Made by a program: the position numbers and the translations under genes | Notes under the pieces: generated by a model | Seen by the model: only the letters and a program-made list of their open reading frames with translations | Databases searched by the model: none | What the model was told of the DNA's origin: nothing | Shown here: one piece after another, positions 52,801-64,000 of the stretch | How positions within the stretch are numbered: the first letter of the stretch is position 1 | How the letters are laid out: each line of letters starts with the position of its first letter | Assembly: GCF_964204645.1 (NCBI RefSeq) | Contig: NW_027437446.1 | Coordinates: 49,090 to 113,089, forward strand | DNA length: 64,000 bases | Source: Tubulanus polymorphus | Taxonomy: Eukaryota; Animalia; Nemertea | Reading direction: 5' to 3'

Positions 52801-55800
52801 CGAAAAAACGAAAATGTCGATGCGCAAAAGCGCTCAAATCGACGGGAAAAGCACAATTCGTCCCGAAAACGTCGTTCAGCGCGAGAAAAGACGTTTTCTC
52901 ATCAAATTCTCCCCGTATCGGAAAAACGAAAATGTCGATGCGCAAAAGCGCTCAAATCGACGGGAAAAGCACATTTCCACCCGAAAACGTCGTTCAGCGC
53001 GAGAAAAGACGTTTTCTCATCAAATTCTCCCCGTATCGGAAAAACGAAAATGTCGATGCGCAAAAGCGCTCAAATCGACGGGAAAAGCACATTTCCACCC
53101 GAAAACGTCGTTCAGCGCGAGAAAAGACGTTTTCTCATCAAATTCTCCCCTTATCGGAAAAACGAAAATGTCGATGCGCAAAAGCGCTCAAATCGACGGG
53201 AAAAGCACAATTCGTCCCGAAAACGTCGTTCAGCGCGAGAAAAGACGTTTTCTCATCAAATTCTCCCCGTATCGGAAAAACGAAAATGTCGATGTGCAAA
53301 AGCGCTCAAATCGACGGGAAAAGCACATTTCCACCCGAAAACGTCGTTCAGCGCGAGAAAAGACGTTTTCTCATCAAATTCTCCCCGTATCGGAAAAACG
53401 AAAATGTCGATGCGCAAAAGCGCTCAAATCGACGGGAAAAGCACATTTCGACCCGAAAACGTCGTTCAGCGCGAGAAAAGACGTTTCCTCATCAAATTCT
53501 CCCCTTATCGAAAAAACGAAAATGTCGATGCGCAAAAGCGCTCAAATCGACGGGAAAAGCACAATTCGTCCCGGAAAACGTCGTTCAGCGCGAGAAAAGG
53601 CGTTTTCTCATCAAATTCTCCCCGTATCGGAAAAACGAAATGTCGATGCGCAAAAGCGCTCAAATCGACGGGAAAAGCACATTTCCACCCGAAAACGTCG
53701 TTCAGCGCGAGAAAAGACGTTTTCTCATCAAATTCTCCCCGTATCGGAAAAACGAAAATGTCGATGCGCAAAAGCGCTCAAATCGACGGGAAAAGCACAT
53801 TTCGACCCGAAAACGTCGTTCAGCGCGAGAAAAGACGTTTTCTCATCAAATTCTCCCCTTATCGGAAAAACGAAAATGTCGATGCGCAAAAGCGCTCAAA
53901 TCGACGGGAAAAGCACAATTCGTCCCGAAAACGTCGTTCAGCGCGAAAAAAGACGTTTTCTCATCAAATTCTCCCCGTATCGGAAAAACGAAAATGTCGA
54001 TGCGCAAAAGCGCTCAAATCGACGGGAAAAGCACATTTCCACCCGAAAACGTCGTTCAGCGCGAGAAAAGACGTTTTCTCATCAAATTCTCCCCGTATCG
54101 GAAAAACGAAAATGTCGATGCGCAAAAGCGCTCAAATCGACGGGAAAAGCACAATTCGTCCCGAAAACGTCGTTCAGCGCGAGAAAAGACGTTTTCTCAT
54201 CAAATTCTCCCCGTATCGGAAAAACGAAAATGTCGATGCGCAAAAGCGCTCAAATCGACGGGAAAAGCACATTTCGACCCGAAAACGTCGTTCAGCGCGA
54301 GAAAAGACGTTTTCTCATCAAATTCTCCCCGTATCGGAAAAACGAAAATGTCGATGCGCAAAAGCGCTCAAATCGACGGGAAAAGCACATTTCCACCCGA
54401 AAACGTCGTTCAGCGCGAGAAAAGACGTTTTCTCATCAAATTCTCCCCTTATCGGAAAAACGAAAATGTCGATGCGCAAAAGCGCTCAAATCGACGGGGA
54501 AAAGCACAATTCGTCCCGAAAACGTCGTTCAGCGCGAGAAAAGACGTTTTCTCATCAAATTCTCCCCGTATCGGAAAAACGAAAATGTCGATGCGCAAAA
54601 GCGCTCAAATCGACGGGGAAAAGCACATTTCCACCCGAAAACGTCGTTCAGCGCGAGAAAAGACGTTTTCTCATCAAATTCTCCCCGTATCGGAAAAACG
54701 AAGTGTCGATGCGCAAAAGCGCTCAAATCGACGGGAAAAGCACATTTCGACCCGAAAACGTCGTTCAGCGCGAGAAAAGACGTTTTCTCATCAAATTCTC
54801 CCCGTATCCGAAAAACGAAAATGTCGATGCGCAAAAGCGCTCAAATCGACGGGAAAAGCACATTTCCACCCGAAAACGTCGTTCGGCGCGAGAAGAGACG
54901 TTTTCTCATCAAATTCTCCCCGTATCGGAAAAACGAAAATGTCGATGCGCAAAAAGCGCTCAAATCGACGGGAAAAGCACATTTCGACCCGAAAACGTCG
55001 TTCAGCGCGAGAAAAGACGTTTTCTCATCAAATTCTCCCCGTATCGGAAAAACGAAAATGTCGATGCGCAAAAGCGCTCAAATCGACGGGGAAAAGCACA
55101 TTTCCACCCGAAAACGTCGTTCAGCGCGAGAAGAGACGTTTTCTCATCAAATTCTCCCCGTATCGGAAAAACGAAAATGTCGATGCGCAAAAGCGCTCAA
55201 ATCGACGGGAAAAGCACATTTCGACCCGAAAACGTCGTTCAGCGCGAGAAAAGACGTTTTCTCATCAAATTCTCCCCGTATCGGAAAAACGAATATGTCG
55301 ATGCGCAAAAGCGCTCAAATCGACGGGAAAAGCACATTTCGACCCGAAAACGTCGTTCAGCGCGAGAAAAGACGTTTTCTCATCAAATTCTCCCCTTATC
55401 GGAAAAACGAAAATGTCGATGCGCAAAAGCGCTCAAATCGACGGGAAAAGCACATTTCCACCCGGAAACGTCGTTCAGCGCGAGAAAAGACGTTTTCTCA
55501 TCAAATTCTCCCCTTATCGGAAAAACGAAAATGTCGATGCGCAAAAGCGCTCAAATCGACGGGAAAAGCACATTTCGTCCCGAAAACGTCGTTCAGCGCG
55601 AGAAAAGACGTTTTCTCATCAAATTCTCCCCGTATCGGAAAAACGAAAATGTCGATGCGCAAAAGCGCTCAAATCGACGGGAAAAGCACATTTCCACCCG
55701 AAAACGTCGTTCAGCGCGAGAAAAGACGTTTTCTCATCAAATTCTCCCCGTATCGGAAAAACGAAAATGTCGATGCGCAAAAGCGCTCAAATCGACGGGA

Positions 55801-58800
55801 AAAGCACATTTCGACCCGAAAACGTCGTTCAGCGCGAGAAAAGACGTTTTCTCATCAAATTCTCCCCGTATCGGAAAAACGAAAATGTCGATGCGCAAAA
55901 GCGCTCAAATCGACGGGAAAAGCACATTTCGACCCGAAAACGTCGTTCAGCGCGAGAAAAGACGTTTTCTCATCAAATTCTCCCCGTATCGGAAAAACGA
56001 AAATGTCGATGCGCAAAAGCGCTCAAATCGACGGGAAAAGCACATTTCCACCCGAAAACGTCGTTCAGCGCGAGAAGAGACGTTTTCTCATCAAATTCTC
56101 CCCGTATCGGAAAAACGAAAATGTCGATGCGCAAAAGCGCTCAAATCGACGGGAAAAGCACATTTCCACCCGAAAACGTCGTTCAGCGCGAGAAGAGACG
56201 TTTTCTCATCAAATTCTCCCCGTATCGGAAAAACGAAAATGTCGATGCGCAAAAAGCGCTCAAATCGACGGGAAAAGCACATTTCGACCCGAAAACGTCG
56301 TTCAGCGCGAGAAAAGACGTTTTCTCATCAAATTCTCCCCGTATCGGAAAAACGAATATGTCGATGCGCAAAAGCGCTCAAATCGACGGGAAAAGCACAT
56401 TTCCACCCGAAAACGTCGTTCAGCGCGAGAAAAGACGTTTTCTCATCAAATTCTCCCCTTATCGGAAAAACGAAAATGTCGATGCGCAAAAGCGCTCAAA
56501 TCGACGGGAAAAGCACATTTCCACCCGGGAAACGTCGTTCAGCGCGAGAAAAGACGTTTTCTCATCAAATTCTCCCCGTATCGGAAAAACGAAAATGTCG
56601 ATGCGCAAAAGCGCTCAAATCGACGGGAAAAGCACATTTCGACCCGAAAACGTCGTTCAGCGCGAGAAAAGACGTTTTCTCATCAAATTCTCCCCTTATC
56701 GGAAAAACGAAAATGTCGATGCGCAAAAGCGCTCAAATCGACGGGGAAAAGCACATTTCGACCCGAAAACGTCGTTCAGCGCGAGAAAAGACGTTTTCTC
56801 ATCAAATTCTCCCCTTATCGGAAAAACGAAAATGTCGATGCGCAAAAGCGCTCAAATCGACGGGAAAAGCACATTTCCACCCGGAAACGTCGTTCAGCGC
56901 GAGAAAAGACGTTTTCTCATCAAATTCTCCCCTTATCGGAAAAACGAAAATGTCGATGCGCAAAAGCGCTCAAATCGACGGGAAAAGCACATTTCGTCCC
57001 GAAAACGTCGTTCAGCGCGACAAAAGACGTTTTCTCATCAAATTCTCCCCGTATCGGAAAAACGAAAATGTCGATGCGCAAAAGCGCTCAAATCGACGGG
57101 AAAAGCACATTTCCACCCGAAAACGTCGTTCAGCGCGAGAAAAGACGTTTTCTCATCAAATTCTCCCCGTATCGGAAAAACGAAAATGTCGATGCGCAAA
57201 AGCGCTCAAATCGACGGGAAAAGCACATTTCGACCCGAAAACGTCGTTCAGCGCGAGAAAAGACGTTTTCTCATCAAATTCTCCCCGTATCGGAAAACGA
57301 AAATGTCGATGCGCAAAAGCGCTCAAATCGACGGGAAAAGCACATTTCCACCCGAAAACGTCGTTCAGCGCGAGAAAAGACGTTTTCTCATCAAATTCTC
57401 CCCGTATGGGAAAAACGAAAATGTCGATGCGCAAAAGCGCTCAAATCGACGGGAAAAGCACATTTCCACCCGAAAACGTCGTTCAGCGCGAGAAGAGACG
57501 TTTTCTCATCAAATTCTCCCCGTATCGGAAAAACGAAAATGTCGATGCGCAAAAGCGCTCAAATCGACGGGAAAAGCACATTTCCACCCGAAAACGTCGT
57601 TCAGCGCGAGAAGAGACGTTTTCTCATCAAATTCTCCCCGTATCGGAAAAACGAAAATGTCGATGCGCAAAAAGCGCTCAAATCGACGGGAAAAGCACAT
57701 TTCGACCCGAAAACGTCGTTCAGCGCGAGAAAAGACGTTTTCTCATCAAATTCTCCCCGTATCGGAAAAACGAATATGTCGATGCGCAAAAGCGCTCAAA
57801 TCGACGGGAAAAGCACATTTCCACCCGAAAACGTCGTTCAGCGCGAGAAAAGACGTTTTCTCATCAAATTCTCCCCTTATCGGAAAAACGAAAATGTCGA
57901 TGCGCAAAAGCGCTCAAATCGACGGGAAAAGCACATTTCCACCCGGAAACGTCGTTCAGCGCGAGAAAAGACGTTTTCTCGTCAAATTCTCCCCGTATCG
58001 GAAAAACGAAAATGTCGATGCGCAAAAGCGCTCAAATCGACGGGAAAAGCACATTTCGACCCGAAAACGTCGTTCAGCGCGAGAAAAGACGTTTTCTCAT
58101 CAAATTCTCCCCTTATCGGAAAAACGAAAATGTCGATGCGCAAAAGCGCTCAAATCGACGGGAAAAGCACAATTCGTCCCGAAAACGTCGTTCAGCGCGA
58201 AAAAGACGTTTTCTCATCAAATTCTCCCCGTATCGGAAAAACGAAAATGTCGATGCGCAAAAGCGCTCAAATCGACGGGAAAAGCACATTTCCACCCGAA
58301 AACGTCGTTCAGCGCGAGAAAAGACGTTTTCTCATCAAATTCTCCCCGTATCGGAAAAACGAAAATGTCGATGCGCAAAAGCGCTCAAATCGACGGGAAA
58401 AGCACAATTCGTCCCGAAAACGTCGTTCAGCGCGAGAAAAGACGTTTTCTCATCAAATTCTCTCCGTATCGGAAAAACGAAAATGTCGATGCGCAAAAGC
58501 GCTCAAATCGACGGGAAAAGCACATTTCGACCCGAAAACGTCGTTCAGCGCGAGAAAAGACGTTTTCTCATCAAATTCTCCCCGTATCGGAAAAACGAAA
58601 ATGTCGATGCGCAAAAGCGCTCAAATCGACGGGAAAAGCACAATTCGTCCCGAAAACGTCGTTCAGCGCGAGAAAAGACGTTTTCTCATCAAATTCTCCC
58701 CGTATCGGAAAAACGAAAATGTCGATGCGCAAAAGCGCTCAAATCGACGGGAAAAGCACATTTCCACCCGAAAACGTCGTTCAGCGCGAGAAAAGACGTT

Positions 58801-61800
58801 TTCTCATCAAATTCTTCCCGTATCGGAAAAACGAAAATGTCGATGCGCAAAAGCGCTCAAATCGACGGGAAAAGCACATTTCGACCCGAAAACGTCGTTC
58901 AGCGCGAGAAAAGACGTTTTCTCATCAAATTCTCCCCGTATCGGAAAAACGAAAATGTCGATGCGCAAAAGCGCTCAAATCGACGGGAAAAGCACATTTC
59001 CACCCGAAAACGTCGTTCAGCGCGAGAAAAGACGTTTTCTCATCAAATTCTCCCCGTATCGGAAAAACGAATATGTCGATGCGCAAAAGCGCTCAAATCG
59101 ACGGGAAAAGCACATTTCCACCCGAAAACGTCGTTCAGCGCGAGAAAAGACGTTTTCTCATCAAATTCTCCCCTTATCGGAAAAACGAAAATGTCGATGC
59201 GCAAAAGCACTCAAATCGACGGGAAAAGCACATTTCGTCCCGAAAACGTCGTTCAGCGCGAGAAAAGACGTTTTCTCATCAAATTCTCCCCGTATCGGAA
59301 AAACGAAAATGTCGATGCGCAAAAGCGCTCAAATCGACGGGAAAAGCAGATTTCGACCCGAAAACGTCGTTCAGCGCGAGAAAAGACGTTTTCTCATCAA
59401 ATTCTCCCCGTATCGGAAAAACGAAAATGTCGATGCGCAAAAGCGCTCAAATCGACGGGAAAAGCACATTTCGACCCGAAAACGTCGTTCAGCGCGAGAA
59501 AAGACGTTTTCTCATCAAATTCTCCCCGTATCGGAAAAACGAAAATGTCGATGCGCAAAAGCGCTCAAATCGACGGGAACAGCACATTTCCACCCGAAAA
59601 ACGTCGTTCAGCGCGAGAAGAGACGTTTTCTCATCAAATTCTCCCCGTATCGGAAAAACGAAAATGTCGATGCGCAAAAGCGCTCAAATCGACGGGAAAA
59701 GCACATTTCCACCCGAAAACGTCGTTCAGCGCGAGAAGAGACGTTTTCTCATCAAATTCTCCCCGTATCGGAAAAACGAAAATGTCGATGCGCAAAAAGC
59801 GCTCAAATCGACGGGAAAAGCACATTTCGACCCGAAAACGTCGTTCAGCGCGAGAAAAGACGTTTTCTCATCAAATTCTCCCCGTATCGGAAAAACGAAT
59901 ATGTCGATGCGCAAAAGCGCTCAAATCGACGGGAAAAGCACATTTCCACCCGAAAACGTCGTTCAGCGCGAGAAAAGACGTTTTCTCATCAAATTCTCCC
60001 CTTATCGGAAAAACGAAAATGTCGATGCGCAAAAGCGCTCAAATCGACGGGAAAAGCACATTTCCACCGGGAAACGTCGTTCAGCGCGAGAAAAGACGTT
60101 TTCTCATCAAATTCTCCCCGTATCGGAAAAACGAAAATGTCGATGCGCAAAAGCGCTCAAATCGACGGGAAAAGCACATTTCGACCCGAAAACGTCGTTC
60201 AGCGCGAGAAAAGACGTTTTCTCATCAAATTCTCCCCTTATCGGAAAAACGAAAATGTCGATGCGCAAAAGCGCTCAAATCGACGGGAAAAGCACATTTC
60301 GACCCGAAAACGTCGTTCAGCGCGAGAAAAGACGTTTTCTCATCAAATTCTCCCCTTATCGGAAAAACGAAAATGTCGATGCGCAAAAGCGCTCAAATCG
60401 ACGGGAAAAGCACATTTCCACCCGGAAACGTCGTTCAGCGCGAGAAAAGACGTTTTCTCATCAAATTCTCCCCTTATCGGAAAAACGAAAATGTCGATGC
60501 GCAAAAGCGCTCAAATCGACGGGAAAAGCACATTTCGTCCCGAAAACGTCGTTCAGCGCGAGAAAAGACGTTTTCTCATCAAATTCTCCCCGTATCGGAA
60601 AAACGAAAATGTCGATGCGCAAAAGCGCTCAAATCGACGGGAAAAGCACATTTCACCCGAAAACGTCGTTCAGCGCGAGAAAAGACGTTTTCTCATCAAA
60701 TTCTCCCCGTATCGGAAAAACAAAAATGTCGATGCGCAAAAGCGCTCAAATCGACGGGAAAAGCACATTTCGACCCGAAAACGTCGTTCAGCGCGAGAAA
60801 AGACGTTTTCTCATCAAATTCTCCCCGTATCGGAAAAACGAAAATGTCGATGCGCAAAAGCGCTCAAATCGACGGGAAAAGCACATTTCCACCCGAAAAC
60901 GTCGTTCAGCGCGAGAAAAGACGTTTTCTCATCAAATTCTCCCCGTATCGGAAAAACGAAAATGTCGATGCGCAAAAGCGCTCAAATCGACGGGAAAAGC
61001 ACATTTCCACCCGAAAACGTCGTTCAGCGCGAGAAGAGACGTTTTCTCATCAAATTCTCCCCGTATCGGAAAAACGAAAATGTCGATGCGCAAAAGCGCT
61101 CAAATCGACGGGAAAAGCACATTTCCACCCGAAAACGTCGTTCAGCGCGAGAAGAGACGTTTTCTCATCAAATTCTCCCCGTATCGGAAAAACGAAAATG
61201 TCGATGCGCAAAAAGCGCTCAAATCGACGGGGAAAAGCACATTTCGACCCGAAAACGTCGTTCAGCGCGAGAAAAGACGTTTTCTCATCAAATTCTCCCC
61301 GTATCGGAAAAACGAATATGTCGATGCGCAAAAGCGCTCAAATCGACGGGAAAAGCACATTTCCACCCGAAAACGTCGTTCAGCGCGAGAAAAGACGTTT
61401 TCTCATCAAATTCTCCCCTTATCGGAAAAACGAAAATGTCGATGCGCAAAAGCGCTCAAATCGACGGGAAAAGCACATTTCCACCCGGAAACGTCGTTCA
61501 GCGCGAGAAAAGACGTTTTCTCATCAAATTCTCCCCGTATCGGAAAAACGAAAATGTCGATGCGCAAAAGCGCTCAAATCGACGGGAAAAGCACATTTCG
61601 ACCCGAAAACGTCGTTCAGCGCGAGAAAAGACGTTTTCTCATCAAATTCTCCCCTTATCGGAAAAACGAAAATGTCGATGCGCAAAAGCGCTCAAATCGA
61701 CGGGAAAAGCACAATTCGTCCCGAAAACGTCGTTCAGCGCGAAAAAAGACGTTTTCTCATCAAATTCTCCCCGTATCGGAAAAACGAAAATGTCGATGCG

Positions 61801-64000
61801 CAAAAGCGCTCAAATCGACGGGAAAAGCACATTTCCACCCGAAAACGTCGTTCAGCGCGAGAAAAGACGTTTTCTCATCAAATTCTCCCCGTATCGGAAA
61901 AACGAAAATGTCGATGCGCAAAAGCGCTCAAATCGACGGGAAAAGCACAATTCGTCCCGAAAACGTCGTTCAGCGCGAGAAAAGACGTTTTCTCATCAAA
62001 TTCTCTCCGTATCGGAAAAACGAAAATGTCGATGCGCAAAAGCGCTCAAATCGACGGGAAAAGCACATTTCGACCCGAAAACGTCGTTCAGCGCGAGAAA
62101 AGACGTTTTCTCATCAAATTCTCCCCGTATCGGAAAAACGAAAATGTCGATGCGCAAAAGCGCTCAAATCGACGGGAAAAGCACAATTCGTCCCGAAAAC
62201 GTCGTTCAGCGCGAGAAAAGACGTTTTCTCATCAAATTCTCCCCGTATCGGAAAAACGAAAATGTCGATGCGCAAAAGCGCTCAAATCGACGGGAAAAGC
62301 ACATTTCCACCCGAAAACGTCGTTCAGCGCGAGAAGAGACGTTTTCTCATCAAATTCTCCCCGTATCGGAAAAACGAAAATGTCGATGCGCAAAAGCGCT
62401 CAAATCGACGGGAAAAGCACATTTCCACCCGAAAACGTCGTTCAGCGCGAGAAGAGACGTTTTCTCATCAAATTCTCCCCGTATCGGAAAAACGAAAATG
62501 TCGATGCGCAAAAAGCGCTCAAATCGACGGGAAAAGCACATTTCGACCCGAAAACGTCGTTCAGCGCGAGAAAAGACGTTTTCTCATCAAATTCTCCCCG
62601 TATCGGAAAAACGAATATGTCGATGCGCAAAAGCGCTCAAATCGACGGGAAAAGCACATTTCCACCGGGAAACGTCGTTCAGCGCGAGAAAAGACGTTTT
62701 CTCATCAAATTCTCCCCTTATCGGAAAAACGAAAATGTCGATGCGCAAAAGCGCTCAAATCGACGGGAAAAGCACATTTCCACCGGGAAACGTCGTTCAG
62801 CGCGAGAAAAGACGTTTTCTCATCAAATTCTCCCCGTATCGGAAAAACGAAAATGTCGATGCGCAAAAGCGCTCAAATCGACGGGAAAAGCACATTTCGA
62901 CCCGAAAACGTCGTTCAGCGCGAGAAAAGACGTTTCTCATCAAATTCTCCCCTTATCGGAAAAACGAAAATGTCGATGCGCAAAAGCGCTCAAATCGACG
63001 GGAAAAGCACATTTCGACCCGAAAACGTCGTTCAGCGCGAGAAAAGACGTTTTCTCATCAAATTCTCCCCTTATCGGAAAAACGAAAATGTCGATGCGCA
63101 AAAGCGCTCAAATCGACGGGAAAAGCACATTTCCACCCGAAAACGTCGTTCAGCGCGAGAAGAGACGTTTTCTCATCAAATTCTCCCCGTATCGGAAAAA
63201 CGAAAATGTCGATGCGCAAAAGCGCTCAAATCGACGGGAAAAGCACATTTCCACCCGAAAACGTCGTTCAGCGCGAGAAGAGACGTTTTCTCATCAAATT
63301 CTCCCCGTATCGGAAAAACGAAAATGTCGATGCGCAAAAAGCGCTCAAATCGACGGGAAAAGCACATTTCGACCCGAAAACGTCGTTCAGCGCGAGAAAA
63401 GACGTTTTCTCATCAAATTCTCCCCGTATCGGAAAAACGAATATGTCGATGCGCTAAAGCGCTCAAATCGACGGGAAAAGCACATTTCCACCCGAAAACA
63501 TCGTTCAGCGCGAGAAAAGACGTTTTCTCATCAAATTCTCCCCTTATCGGAAAAACGAAAATGTCGATGCGCAAAAGCGCTCAAATCGACGGGAAAAGCA
63601 CATTTCCACCCGGAAACGTCGTTCAGCGCGAGAAAGACGTTTTCTCATCAAATTCTCCCCGTATCGGAAAAACGAAAATGTCGATGCGCAAAAGCGCTCA
63701 AATCGACGGGAAAAGCACATTTCGACCCGAAAACGTCGTTCAGCGCGAGAAAAGACGTTTTCTCATCAAATTCTCCCCTTATCGGAAAAACGAAAATGTC
63801 GATGCGCAAAAGCGCTCAAATCGACGGGAAAAGCACAATTCGTCCCGAAAACGTCGTTCAGCGCGAGAAAAGACGTTTTCTCGTCAACTTCTCCCCGTAT
63901 TGGAAAAATGATAATGTCGATGCGTAAAAGCGCTCAAATCGACGGGAAAAGCACATTTCGACCCGAAAACGTCGTTCAGCGCGAGAAAAGACGTTTTCGT
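46890..64000. repeat. Satellite domain C (G46C, T42A+A47T, A74G, 119-bp GCGCAAAAAGC monomers)
   Basis: TTTCCACC, CAATTCGTCC, GAAGAGAC, CCCGGAAACG and GCGCAAAAAGC dominate from ~46955. The domain-B markers GCTCGAATC and AGTACT disappear. Confidence 0.9.
54850..63900. repeat. 11/12-monomer higher-order repeat (with 18- and 7-mer variants) in domain C
   Basis: The cassette (GAAGAGAC monomer(s), then the 119-bp GCGCAAAAAGC monomer, then CGAATATG) recurs with its 5-A run at ~54951, 56251, 57669, 59794, 61210, 62510 and 63336. Spacings are about 1300, 1418, 2125, 1416, 1300 and 826 bp. Confidence 0.8.

Larger units (their letters stand above)
1..64000. repeat. Tandem satellite DNA array, 118-bp monomer, about 543 copies, uninterrupted, single orientation
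   Basis: The same 118-mer recurs across the entire window (monomer starts at 1, 119, 237 ... 7320, 7438 ...). Most copies differ from consensus by only a few bases, with 117- and 119-bp variants and rare short deletions. No non-repeat sequence was found. Confidence 0.99.

Noticed and set aside
62-63367. Short minus-strand ORFs (60-145 aa, Phe-rich)
   Set aside because: They appear where 117- or 119-bp monomers let a frame bypass the four TGA codons per monomer; they are repeat artefacts.
1030-63640. Isolated 1-bp homopolymer indels (e.g. ~1033, 1748, 2231, 4772, 4875, 5762, 54496, 55088, 56743, 60654, 62933, 63633)
   Set aside because: They are mostly not shared between duplicated copies and are typical long-read consensus errors, so they were not used as evolutionary markers.
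6-63927. Giant + strand ORFs (up to 6254 aa) as protein-coding genes
   Set aside because: All three frames are open and give the same repeat peptide. There is no unique N- or C-terminus or recognisable domain, indels and amplified stops are tolerated, and variants show no codon-position pattern. A stop-free 118-bp monomer explains them fully.
1-64000. CRISPR array
   Set aside because: There are no unique spacers and no cas genes; the whole unit is repeated.
1-64000. 5S rDNA or tRNA/snRNA gene array (118 bp is close to 5S length)
   Set aside because: I see no similarity to conserved 5S sequence or its internal A/C boxes, no non-transcribed spacer, and no cloverleaf or TTCGAATC-type T-arm in a tRNA context.
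1-64000. Assignment to a known ~118-bp satellite such as Triticeae pSc119.2
   Set aside because: Only the length matches. The sequence does not resemble that family as I recall it, so a BLAST, Repbase or PlantSat search is needed and no name is assigned.

Overview
The whole window is one head-to-tail satellite DNA array of about 543 copies of a 118-bp monomer, all on the same strand, with no unique sequence, gene, transposon or inversion. The consensus (clean copy at 7320-7437) is TGTCGATGCGCAAAAGCGCTCAAATCGACGGGAAAAGCACATTTCGACCCGAAAACGTCGTTCAGCGCGAGAAAAGACGTTTTCTCATCAAATTCTCCCCGTATCGGAAAAACGAAAA (46.6% GC, 15 CpG). I do not recognise the family or the organism; it looks like eukaryotic (peri)centromeric or subtelomeric satellite. 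The huge ORFs arise because the monomer has no stop codon in any + frame and 118 is not a multiple of 3; I do not call them genes. Diagnostic variants split the array into three domains: A (1-~8250), B (~8250-46890) and C (~46890-64000). Each has its own higher-order repeats or duplications. A and C share rare alleles, which suggests B expanded inside an older array. Three short tracts appear to have been copied between domains. The monomer has several dyads, ~10-bp phased A/T tracts, a ~20-bp sub-repeat and an imperfect hammerhead-ribozyme-like arrangement on the minus strand (speculative). All counts and offsets were made by hand and may be off by a few bases; 'pos' means position in the monomer.
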